Source of the DNA: Mycoplasma mobile 163K
Lineage (GTDB): Bacteria > Bacillota_I > Bacilli_A > Mycoplasmatales > Metamycoplasmataceae
Assembly: GCF_000008365.1 (NCBI RefSeq)
Contig: NC_006908.1
Location: forward strand, 90,001-122,000
Direction: 5' to 3'
DNA: 32,000 nucleotides
The number at the start of each line of letters is the position of its first letter. Within the stretch, counting starts at the first letter, position 1. Shown piece by piece: positions 19,320 through 29,576 of the stretch. The position numbers and the translations under genes are program-made. Below the pieces are notes generated by a model. That model had not been told where the DNA came from. It saw nothing but the letters and a program-made list of their open reading frames with translations, and ran no database searches.

Positions 19320-21884
19320 ATGAAATTTTTAAAAAACATTAAATCACTTGAATTTAGATTAGCAGAATCAATGTTAAAGTCAATTAATGATTTAAAAGAA
19401 AAATATCTTGCCTTTAGTGATGAAGAATTAAAAAACATGACAAATGTTTTTAAAGAGAAGTTGAAAAAAAATGTTTCTTTAGAATCAATTAGAATTGATG
19501 CTTTTGCAGTTGCAAGAGAAGCTACTTTTAGAGTTTTAAAAAAACGCCCCTATGATGTTCAAATGATTGGTGGATTAATTTTAGATTTTGGTTCAGTTGC
19601 AGAGATGAAAACAGGAGAAGGAAAAACAATTACTTCAATTGCTCCTGTTTATTTAAATGCTTTAAAAGGTAGTGGAGTAATTGTAAGCACTGTAAATGAA
19701 TATTTAGCAGAACGTGATGCTGCTGAGATGGGCGAGGTTTTTAAATGACTAGGTTTAAGTGTTGGATTAAACAAAGCGAACATGCCATCAAATTTAAAAA
19801 GAGCAGCATATAAATGTGATATCACTTATTCTGTTCATTCAGAGTTAGGATTCGATTATCTTAGAGATAATATGGTTAATTCTTTTGAAGAAAAAGTTCA
19901 AAGAGACTTGAACTTTGCTTTAATTGATGAAGTTGATTCAATTTTGATAGATGAAGCAAAAACTCCTCTTATTATTTCTGGTGGAAAAAGTGATGAAGTT
20001 TCTCTTTATGCAGTTACTGATCAATTTGTAAGAACTTTAGATCACGTTGATTATGCAATTGATGAGGAAACAAAAGCAATAAATTTAACAGCTCAAGGAA
20101 TTGAAAAAACTAAAAAATTTTTCAATTTTAATTCATTATACAATTTAGAAAATAGCGAATTAATACATAGATTACAAAATGCTTTAAGAGCTCATAAAGT
20201 TATGAAAAAAGATGTTGAGTATGTTGTTCTAAATGGGAAAATTGAATTAGTAGATACTTTCACTGGAAGAATAATGGAAGGAAGAAGTTATTCTGAGGGT
20301 TTACAACAAGCAATTCAAGCAAAAGAGCTAGTTGAAATTGATCCTGAAACTAAAACTTTAGCTACAATTACTTACCAAAATTTTTTTCGTCTATTTAAAA
20401 AATTATCAGGAATGACAGGAACGGGTAAAACAGAAGAACAAGAATTCATAGATATTTACAATATGAGAGTTACAGAAATTCCTACTAATGTTCCAATTGC
20501 AAGAATTGATCACCCTGAAAAAGTTTATGTTACATTTCAAGCAAAATATAAAGCAGTTGTTGAAGAGATAAAAAGATTACATGCTAAAAAGCAACCTATT
20601 TTAGTAGGTACTTCTCAAGTTGAAGAATCAGAATACTTGCATCAGCTATTACTTAAAGAGAATTTACCTCATACTGTTTTAAATGCTAAACAAAATAAAA
20701 ATGAAGCGGATATTATTGCTAAAGCAGGAATTGCAGGAGCAATTACAATTGCAACAAATATGGCAGGTCGTGGAACCGATATTAAACCTGATGCAGAATC
20801 TTTAAAGCAAGGTGGTTTATTTGTTTTAGGTACAGATAAATCTGAGGCAAGAAGAATTGATAATCAACTTAAAGGAAGAAGTGGAAGACAAGGTGATGTT
20901 GGTGAAAGTAGATTTTTTATCTCAATTGATGATCAATTGATAAGACGTTTTTCATTACAAGATAAGTGAAAAGAAATTTTTGCTGAGTATAAAGATAATG
21001 AAATTATTGATAAACAAATAAAAAAGGCATTTGATAAAGCTCAGAGAAAAATTGAAGGTTTTAACTATGATAATCGAAAAAATGTTTTAAATTATGATGA
21101 TGTAATAAGACAACAAAGAGATATTATTTATTCTCAAAGAGATTCAATTTTACTTCAGGATGACTTATCACTTGTTGTTGAAAAAATGATTCAAAGAAAT
21201 TCAAAACAAATTATTAAATATGGGGAACTATATACAAGAACAGGTGCTTTAGACCATAAAGCATTAGTAAATTTTGTAAATAAAGAATATATGAATATTT
21301 GTGATTTTAAATTCACTTTGGAAGATTTTAATAATTACATTAATGAAGAAATTCCTCAGCATTTATCTAATATTTTGATTAGAGAGTATAGGAAAATGAG
21401 AGAATTTTTAGTAGAAAAATCTGGTAAATTACCAACTAATCTCTTTGAAAGAAGAGCAATTATTTCAGCTCTTGATGAAAAGTGACAAAATCATATTAAT
21501 TTAATGGATAAATTAAGGCAAAGTGTAAATCTTGTTCAATACTCACAAAAAAATCCTTTTCAAACTTATACGGAAATTGGAACAAAACATTTTGAACAAC
21601 TTGTCGAAGACATTGCAACTAATTCCTTAAAAATAATTATGAATAATCCTTCAGCAAAATTCCAAAATTTAGATGGTGATTTTAAAAATGAGCAAATTAA
21701 ATTAGAAGATGGCTCAATTATTACTATTCCAGCAAACATTCCCTTTGATATTAAAGAGCAAATTATTTCAAAAGCAAAAGAATTATTAAAAGAAAGTGGA
21801 GAGAAGAGAAAAGTTTTTGAAAAAAACATCTTGAGCGATTTAAATTTAGTAGATGAGAAATTTAGAGATTCATCAAAATGATAA
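19320..21884 (+). CDS. secA: Preprotein translocase ATPase SecA, 854 aa
   Basis: Track ORFs 19320-19748, 19782-20969, 21186-21485 and 21504-21881 all share one frame and are joined only by TGA. The product contains MKTGEGKT (Walker A), [13 protein letters not shown] (DEAD-like), [10 protein letters not shown] and GRSGRQGD. The final codons are TGA then TAA, at 21879-21884. Confidence 0.95.
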
Positions 21885-21885
21885 T

Positions 21886-22281
21886 ATGAAAAAATTTAAG
21901 ATAATAGAAATTTTGAATGATTTCAAAGAATTTGAAATTCAAGCAAAATCATGATTTGATAGTTTACCAAAAAAATATAAAACCCAAGATTTAGGACTAC
22001 TTCTATATGATCTTGAAATTTTTAATATTGAACTTTCACAAGGTCATTTCAAATTTGAATTGACACTTGAAAATTTTTCAGAACACCAAAAAACTTATTG
22101 TGATATTTCTTGTAAAAATTCTTATGAAGAATTACTTAAAACAAGTACAAAAAAAGATCATTTTCTTTTTGAAACTCTTCATATTCTCAAATCCCATTGA
22201 AATGAACATGTTGTTTGGGTATCAAAAAAAATTAATAAAAATTTTAATGACAAAAATATCACAAGTGATTTTGTAAGTTAA
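21886..22281 (+). CDS. Hypothetical protein, 131 aa, start-coupled to the secA stop
   Basis: The ATG at 21886 lies 1 nt after the secA TAA. Manual translation gives MKKFKIIEILNDFKEFEIQAKSWFDSLPKKYKTQ...HILKSHWNEHVVWVSKK... with two in-frame TGA codons, ending at a TAA at 22279-22281. Track ORF 22067-22276 is in a different frame. Confidence 0.5.
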
Positions 22282-22337
22282 CTAATTTTAAATTCACTTT
22301 TTCAAGGCCATAAGTTACTTAATATGTTTTATAATGG

Positions 22338-22371
22338 TGTAAAATTATTATATGAACTAAGTTTGTAAAAT
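22338..22371 (+). promoter_or_regulatory. Two TGTAAAAT extended -10 boxes upstream of the 697-aa gene
   Basis: TGTAAAAT occurs at 22338-22345 and 22364-22371. A strong SD (aaaggagg) follows at 22380-22387, and the ATG is at 22395. Confidence 0.4.
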
Positions 22372-22394
22372 TTTTGTTAAAAGGAGGTTGAATT

Positions 22395-24488
22395 ATGGAG
22401 TTCAACACATTTGAGAAGGAAACTTTTATTAAAAGTTTGAAAACAAGAACAATATTTCCTTTTTACATTAAAAATGTTAATGAAAAATTTTTTTCTAATT
22501 TAAATAATCATCAAAACAAAATATTTTTGAAAAAAATTCTTCCTAGAATTGAAAATGAATTAGAAAATGAAGAGCTTCAAGCAATAAAGACAATTGAAAA
22601 TTTAGCTAAACCTGAAAAGATTTTAAGAATGATTAATTTAGCTTTAAAAAAAGTTGCTGCTCTAACAGGTACTCGTAACACAGAACTTTTTCAAAAAATT
22701 GGTAAAGATGAATTTAACGAACCTTTATTTATAAGAATTAAAGCCAATCATAATGATCTTGAAATCTTAGGAGATAAACACGAAGATTCTCGTTTTTCTT
22801 ACGCAATAAATATTAATCGAGACAATTATTTATTTCCATTTATAGAACAAATTCAGCTAGCTTTTTATTTAGATCATGAAACTAATAGAATTTCAGGTGG
22901 ATTTTCTTTAAATGTCGGAAATGATGAAACTGATTTGGATTTTAAAGAAAGTGTTGATAAAGTCTATTTTTATTCAATTATGAAAAAGTTTTGAACTGCT
23001 CAACTTTATCCTTTAACTTTAGATAATATCTTAAATATTGTTTATGACATTAATGGAACTAAATCAACAAATAAATCAAATTCAAAATTTAGTAATACAA
23101 ATACAAAAAAATCTTCTCAAGGATATAGCAAAGATTGAGCTAAAGTTATCAATTTTGAACAAGTTTCCCTTGAAGAATTGCAAGATAACTGAAGAAAATT
23201 TATTGATAAAAAGTTTTTGAAATATAAATCATTTTCAAATGAAGAAAGAAAATTTTATGAAGACCAAGCTTTTTACATGATGATGATTACTAGTTTAGTA
23301 ATGCTATATTTATTACAAGAAATTAACACTTATTTTACTTCTGAAAAACCTGAATTAATTTTAGGGCTTTTAAATAAACCAGCTAGATTGACAGATAATA
23401 AGGACCAAAATTATCAAGAAGATTTTAATGCTTTAACTTCTTATATTTATAAAAATTTTTATCTAAATGAAAAAAACTCAAAAAATATTAGAATTAAGAA
23501 AATTGATAGAGCCAAAGAATTAGTAGACTTTTTAACAGATTATTCTCAAGCAAATACTTCAGATATTTCTTTAAGTGATTTGGTTTCTTCTTTTGAAATT
23601 CTACCAAATACAAAAATTCAAATGCTTGATAGAAAATCTATACTAGAAGATTTGAATTTCAAGGCATTCTTTTTATTAATTGCCTTCCCAGAACTTTATA
23701 GTATCAGCCCTAATAATTCAACTTTAATTGAATATAGGCAACTTTTAAATTCATTAGATTCAAGTCAAAATATGTCCTTTTCAAACTCTATTATTGAAAA
23801 TTTAGATGATTACATTACAGAAATAAATTATGATTATGCTTCATTTGTAACAACAAATTCAATTGTTATTTTGAAAAATAATGATCCAGTAAGTGTTGAT
23901 GTTCAAAACAATAAAATTCTTGTTGTTAAAGACGAAAATAGAAGAGTTTACAATAATTATTTTTGGTCTGTGATTTATTTGCAATCCAAAATTTCAGAAA
24001 AAAATCATATTGAATTTGAAATTAATAGAATTTTGAATTCAGACATAAAATACAAATCATTTATCTTTAAAGAAGCAATCCAAAATTTAGATGATTTGCA
24101 ATTTGACTGATATGACCATTTTTATGGATTACCCATTAAAAATATTATTCAAAAAATGGATAATGAAAATAACCTAAAAAACTCAATAGATATTTTGAGC
24201 TCTAAAATCAAAAAAGAAAATGAGGAAATCAAGCGCACAACTGAAAGAAATTATATTACTTTAGCTTTTGTTATTGCTGTTTTGATAGGTTTTTTTGATT
24301 TTATATCAATGGTATTTACAATTTTACCAAATACTTTAAAGTCTGTTTCTGATCCTTATATTTATACTTTTATTGGAATTGGAACATTTATTTTTTCTAT
24401 TTTGATTTCAATTTTTGCTTTAACAATGGGCAAAAGATTAACAAACAAAAGAAAAGCAATTGAGTATGAGAAAAAGCAAAATCTTTAA
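22395..24488 (+). CDS. Orphan 697-aa protein: large soluble N-terminal region, coiled coil, and a C-terminal two-helix membrane hairpin with a basic tail
   Basis: Track ORFs 22395-22994, 23217-24110 and 24156-24488 share one frame. I translated the gaps and they contain only TGA codons. The C-terminus reads ...KKENEEIKRTTERNYITLAFVIAVLIGFFDFISMVFTILPNTLKSVSDPYIYTFIGIGTFIFSILISIFALTMGKRLTNKRKAIEYEKKQNL. I recognise no enzymatic motif. Confidence 0.8.
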
Positions 24489-24517
24489 AAAAACATCTAT
24501 TACTAGATGTTTTTTTT
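24487..24517. terminator. Bidirectional intrinsic terminator shared by convergent genes
   Basis: The sequence is aaaaaa-acatcta-ttac-tagatgt-ttttttt. The 7-bp stem is flanked by A and T runs. Confidence 0.7.
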
Positions 24518-24884
24518 AACCATTAAAATGATGTTCTTGGTCACTTAATAATTCATTAGGATATGAAAAAATAATATGAACATGAGTATGAAAAACAACT
24601 TGCCTTGCATCAGATTCATTATTTACATGCAATTGATATCCACTAGCCTTATTTTCTTTCATAAATTTTTTTGCTAATTTATTAGCAACCATCATTAAAT
24701 TAATTAAATCTTCATCATCAATTGAAATTAAGTTTCTGCTAAAATTTTTAGGTACAACTAAAAAATGCCCTTTAGAAATTGGTTTAATATCTAAAAAAGC
24801 AATAGTCTTGCTGTCTTCATAAATAATTTTTGCTGGTACTTCCTTATTAATGATTTTTTGAAAAATTGTTTCTTGTTGCAACAT
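24516..24884 (-). CDS. HIT-family (histidine triad) nucleotide hydrolase, HinT-like
   Basis: The 122-aa product begins IFQKIINKEVPAKIIYEDSKTIAFLDIKPISKGHFLVVPK and contains the histidine triad HTHVHII. Its SD (aaaggata) lies 13 nt after the upstream stop. Confidence 0.9.
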   Translation of the reverse strand: MLQQETIFQKIINKEVPAKIIYEDSKTIAFLDIKPISKGHFLVVPKNFSRNLISIDDEDLINLMMVANKLAKKFMKENKASGYQLHVNNESDARQVVFHTHVHIIFSYPNELLSDQEHHFNG

Positions 24885-24897
24885 AGTTATCCTTTTG

Positions 24898-26790
24898 TTA
24901 AAGTTTTAAAATACCTTCAGTTCTTGCTGCATCTAGTAAAGCTTGATTATTGTTTATTTCCAAAACATTTCCAAGTTTTACATAAAATGTTTTCATTTGA
25001 TTGAAAATAGAAGTTCTATTTTGAGTAAAAAGCGAATAGTACAAATTTTCTTTTACAATTGCTCTATTATTATCTATTGTTTCTGCTCAAGGAGTATTAA
25101 TAAAAGTAAATCTTGAAGAATTAACATTAAATAATGGTACCACTTTATTAAAATATGTAAGTGTAGCTGAAGAAGCTGTAACATTTATAGGAACAGAAGT
25201 AACTAGGTCGTCATTTATTAGAGATAAAATATTAGTTTCAGATAATAACCCTCCATATTTTAGATTTAAATTATCAGAAAAGACACTATTATCCAAACTT
25301 ATTTGATTTATTATAGAATTTGTTTCAGAAGATTTTGTGTTTAATCTTATATTGAAATTCAGTTCTCTTAATGAATTTAAAATGCTTGAATTTTCTAAAA
25401 TTCTTCTTACATCATTACTTAAATTTGCTCTAGCTAAATTTAAGTCTAATTTAACATTTAAATCAATTGAACTAGTGTTTACAATTCTAGATACTCTATT
25501 CAATTTAAAATTAAATACACTTCCTGCATTTTCACTTAAAGTAAAATTATCTTCTTTTAACAATGAGACATCAGTTATTTGATTATTATTTAAACTTATA
25601 TTTAAATTTTGAACTTGAGTAGCAGCCTCTTCAAGATAAAATTTAACAATATTATTTCTCATTAATTCATTCAAGCTATAAATATTATTTGTTTTTGTAA
25701 TATGAACAAAACCACTTTCAATTCTTGTAGCAGCTCTTAAAGTTGCGATATCATAATTGATTATTGGAGCTCCTGTATTTTGAAATGAAAATCCTCTATA
25801 ATTTACAATGTTTGAACTACTATTTGATGATGTTGTAATATTAGGTAAATTATTTGCTGAAATATTTCAATTGATATTATCGTTTAAACCAATTAAAGAT
25901 TCTAATTTTTGTTTTGTATTTAATGCTATATTATTATTTCTAAACAAAGCATTAAAGCCATTTTCACCTTCAATTGTATTAATATTAGTATTCAAAAAAT
26001 TATTTGTATTTTGAGTTTGGTTAAATTCTCATCTTTCAGAAACTTGATTTTCTAATAAATATTTAATTAACAAAAAATTTGGATTTGAAACATCAATTGA
26101 TTCTAAAATGGTTTTTGCATTTGATGTTCCCGAAGCTCCAATTACAGTATTATAATCTGTTCCGTTTTTTATATTATTTTCAGTTTGCTTTGAAAAATAA
26201 TGCTTAGCCAAAATCATTTGATTGATTGTGTTAGAAATTGTACTTTGATTAATATTATACATTTGTACAAAAATGTTTGTTCCTAAAAAATTTAAATCAC
26301 TTTTTGAGTAAGAATTATTATTTATAAATCCTGCTAAAGGTAAAGTTTTATCTCTTTCAGGGTTAAAATCAATAATTGAAATCCCATTTCTTTCTAAAGT
26401 ATTACTTTTAAACTCAATTCAAAAACTTTTATTTTGCTGAATTTGAATTGCTTGATAAAAATTTCAAGCACTTACAGCATCATTTCTAAAGTTTATAAAT
26501 GCAGAAGAATTATTAGAAAAAGTAAAAACTGTTTCGGCATCATTTCATGTTCCTTTAAATGCATTTTGTACATCGATTGAGGGCTCATTTGTAGTTTTTG
26601 GAAATTCAACATTTAAGTTTGCATTTAATATTCCATTAACTCATGTTTGCAAAACAGCAGCTCTAGCTTGCTCTGTTGTTAATGAAGCACTAACATTAAT
26701 GTCTTGTACATTTGTGCTACATGCAACAACAACTAATGAAGTTGATAAAATTGCTGGAGTTGCAATTGAAAGTAAAAGTCTTTTTTTCAT
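24898..26790 (-). CDS. Surface lipoprotein, 630 aa (P60-like candidate)
   Basis: ATG is at 26790 (SD taagga). The signal peptide MKKRLLLSIATPAILSTSLVVVAC places the lipobox Cys at residue 24. The frame matches track ORFs 26029-26262 and 25087-25674. I checked the junctions codon by codon and found only TGA. The ORF ends at a TAA at 24898-24900. The sequence is N/S/T-rich. Confidence 0.85.
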
Positions 26791-26798
26791 TTTTTTCC

Positions 26799-29450
26799 TT
26801 AATTTATTATAACTTTGAATTCAAAACTCTTAGTTATACTTGATTCTTTATTTGTAGAATTTATATTATTTGAAAAATCATTTGTTGCAATATTTGCTTC
26901 AATAACAATTTTATATTCTCCTCTTTGTAAAGTAGATCCATTTACTAAAGAAAGTTCAAATTGTGTTTTTTGTTTTCCAATTTCATTTGTTCTGGAATTT
27001 GCAACAATAAGCAAATTAAATAGATTTGACAAATTATTTGGATTGTTTTCAACAAAAACACTTTTTATATCCAATAAATTAGGGTCATAAAAATTAAGAT
27101 TTGAATTCGAATCTAAATTTATATTGTAAATATTTTGTTCTAAAATTATTGATGTAAAATTAACTAAATTACCTTCAAATAAAATATCTGATCCATTTAA
27201 TGAATTTAAAGTAATAACATTTGTTGCATGTTGTGTAATTGTATTGATTGTTGTTGTTATAGCATCTAACGGAGAATTATTATTTTGAATTATTCATTGA
27301 TTATTTTTAAAAATATAGTTTTCTTTCAAATTACTATTTATTTGAGAATTAATATAATCATTAATTTTAGTTTGTACATTAATTGATCTATTTGTTTCTG
27401 CACTATTTATAAAACTTCTTAGAGTTTCAATTGCATTGTTAATATCTTTATCTAAGAATTTTGTTGGGCTAGAAGTTGTTAATGAAGTGTTATTTTGTAA
27501 TAATAAAAATTTTCTAAACTCAACTGTTTCTTCGGTATTTGAACTTAAAAAATTAAATAGAATTCTTTGATCAGAATTTGCTGTATTAATATTAGCTATT
27601 GAGTTTTGAGTAGCAAAAATATTATCAGAATTAAAAGTTATATTTTGATTTGTTGCAAAAGTAGTATTTGCACTTAATTGCAAGTCATCTTTAATTGCAC
27701 TTAAATATGAATCTATAGAATTAAAATTTTTAACTGAATTAATATTTATACCTGTAGAAGAAAGCGTAATTATATTTCCGTCTGGTAACAAGTAAGATTC
27801 TGCAAGTTTTCCTTGATTACCAACAGCAAATGATTGCTGAAGTGCTCTACCAGCTAAAGATGTCACCTCACTAGCATTCAATCCAGAAACACCAGAATTT
27901 CCATTTAAAATATTTGAAATTCTAGTGTTAGCTTGTATTATTTGCTGTGTTGCATTTGTAGAATTTGCAAAAGTTGTAATTTGATTAATATCAATTCCTG
28001 CCTTTGCGAATATATTTGAATTTATATTATTAATAATATCTGTTAAGATGTCTTTTTCGACTTTTGTGAAAGTATTTTCTATTAAAGGTAAAATTGAACC
28101 TGCATCTTGAGCATTTAATAAAGCAAGAGTGTCTTGAATTCCTCTAGAACCTAAATTATTTTTAGTCCCATTATCACTAACTGTATTCAATAACTGAGAG
28201 TCAAGTCTTCTTCTTGCAAGGTCAGTTGAACTAGAATTAATACCTTTTCAATTTCTTATTAAATCAATATTTAAACTTGGTTTATTTGTTAATGGATTCA
28301 TTGTGTAAGAAAATAATTTTACTAAAACATTTGCACTTATAGTTCATGGTAAAAGAGGGTCACTTGTATTTGGGGTGGCATTAATGTTAAAAGTAGCAAT
28401 ATTTTGGGAATTTAAACTTTTAAAATAATTTTTAATATTATCTAAAGGATTTTTTTTAGAAATATCAAAAGTGTTGCTTGTAAAAAGAGCAATCTGAGAA
28501 GAAAGACTATTTTGATTAAATGATGAATCATTTGGTCTTATATTTTGCATTGCAAAAAATCTTTGTTCTAAAAAAGATGCAAAAGGATTTTCTCCATTTT
28601 TTAAAATTGTAGTTCCATCAACAAATTTCAATGTTCCATTAGGTTCTACAACAATTTTATTTCTTAAAGTAACATCTTGATTTAATTTTCTTGAGCTTAT
28701 ATCATATTGACTAAAACTATTAAATCCATCTGAAGTTACTTGGCCACTTGTGGAAGGTGTAAGAGATGCTATTTGAGAAACATTGAATCTTCTCAAAGCA
28801 TTTGCTTTAATAACATTTGTTATTGAATTTTGTAGAGCTTGTTCGCTAGTAATAGCTCCATTAAATGAAGTACTTCATAAATTTAATAATGCTGTTGTTC
28901 TTGCAGTCCCTGCAGGATTGTTATCGATGATATTTTTTTCTCTAGCTTCTAAGGTATTTCTTTGTTCAGCAATAATTCTACTCAAAGGTTTTAAGGCAAT
29001 ATTATTAACAACAGCATTAGTTGGATTAGTTAGATTTAATATTTCTTGATACTGAACTGATGCATTTTGTTCAATTTGATATAAATATTGATAAAAATAA
29101 TTTTGAATAGCTTGAACATTTCCACTTTGTGTTTCTGAATTTAGTAATTGAAATAAATTTTGAAATTCTCCAACAGTTAGAGTAACTTTTTCCCCAGACG
29201 AATTAGTAAATGTTATTAAATTGTCATTAAGTCTTGGAGGATTTGTAGGTGAAATTTGTTGTGCAGCTAATCCAACAGGAACACCAACACCTACTGCTAC
29301 AAAAGTAATAAGTGAAGCCCCAATTATATAGGCGAATTTATTATTTTTAGGAGGCGTATTATCAATATTGTTTTTTGATAATTTTTCAACAAAACTTTCG
29401 CTTTCTTTAGTTGTTTTTAAAACTTTTTTTGCATTATCTTTTTTTGCCAT
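26799..29450 (-). CDS. Single-pass surface protein, 883 aa (P80-like candidate)
   Basis: Track ORFs 28875-29450, 28344-28796, 27294-28190 and 26799-27074 share one frame. I translated all three gaps and they contain only TGA. The N-terminus MAKKDNAKKVLKTTKESESFVEKLSKNNIDNTPPKNNK is followed by the TM helix FAYIIGASLITFVAVGVGVPVGLAA and then QQ. An ectodomain of about 820 aa, N/S/T/Q-rich, follows. Confidence 0.85.
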
Positions 29451-29470
29451 AATAACTCCTTTAAATTAAT

Positions 29471-29506
29471 AGTAAAACTATATATAAATATAATTATTAT
29501 TTTACT
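29471..29506 (-). promoter_or_regulatory. Inverted repeat overlapping the putative -10 of the surface-protein/HIT operon
   Basis: On the minus strand, AGTAAAA (which contains the TAAAAT -10 candidate) pairs with TTTTACT across a 22-nt AT spacer. The SD aaaggag and the ATG at 29450 lie downstream. Confidence 0.3.
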
Positions 29507-29576
29507 CTATATTTTATTTAAAATAAGTTATTTTTTTAATCTTATATTTTAAATTTAAACTAAATTTTTCAAACAT

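Noticed and set aside
19320-21884. secA, sufS, topA, tmk and others look like frameshifted or disrupted pseudogenes in the supplied ORF track.
   Set aside because: All fragments of each gene are in the same frame and are separated exclusively by TGA. Conserved sequence continues across the junctions. This is the Mollicutes genetic code, not gene decay.
23038-23220. A 60-aa track ORF lies between two pieces of the 697-aa gene. Track ORFs 22067-22276, 17590-17790, 17713-17895, 19110-19310 and 9880-10086 are similar cases.
   Set aside because: They are out of frame or antisense relative to longer TGA-read-through genes that explain the region. They show no SD or independent support.
24898-29450. 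I considered that the large TM protein and lipoprotein pair could be a MIB-MIP immunoglobulin-binding/protease system.
   Set aside because: I found no DUF31/serine-protease-like GxSG catalytic signature in either protein. The second gene is a lipoprotein rather than a second TM-anchored protein. The tight HIT linkage fits the P80/P60/HinT arrangement better.
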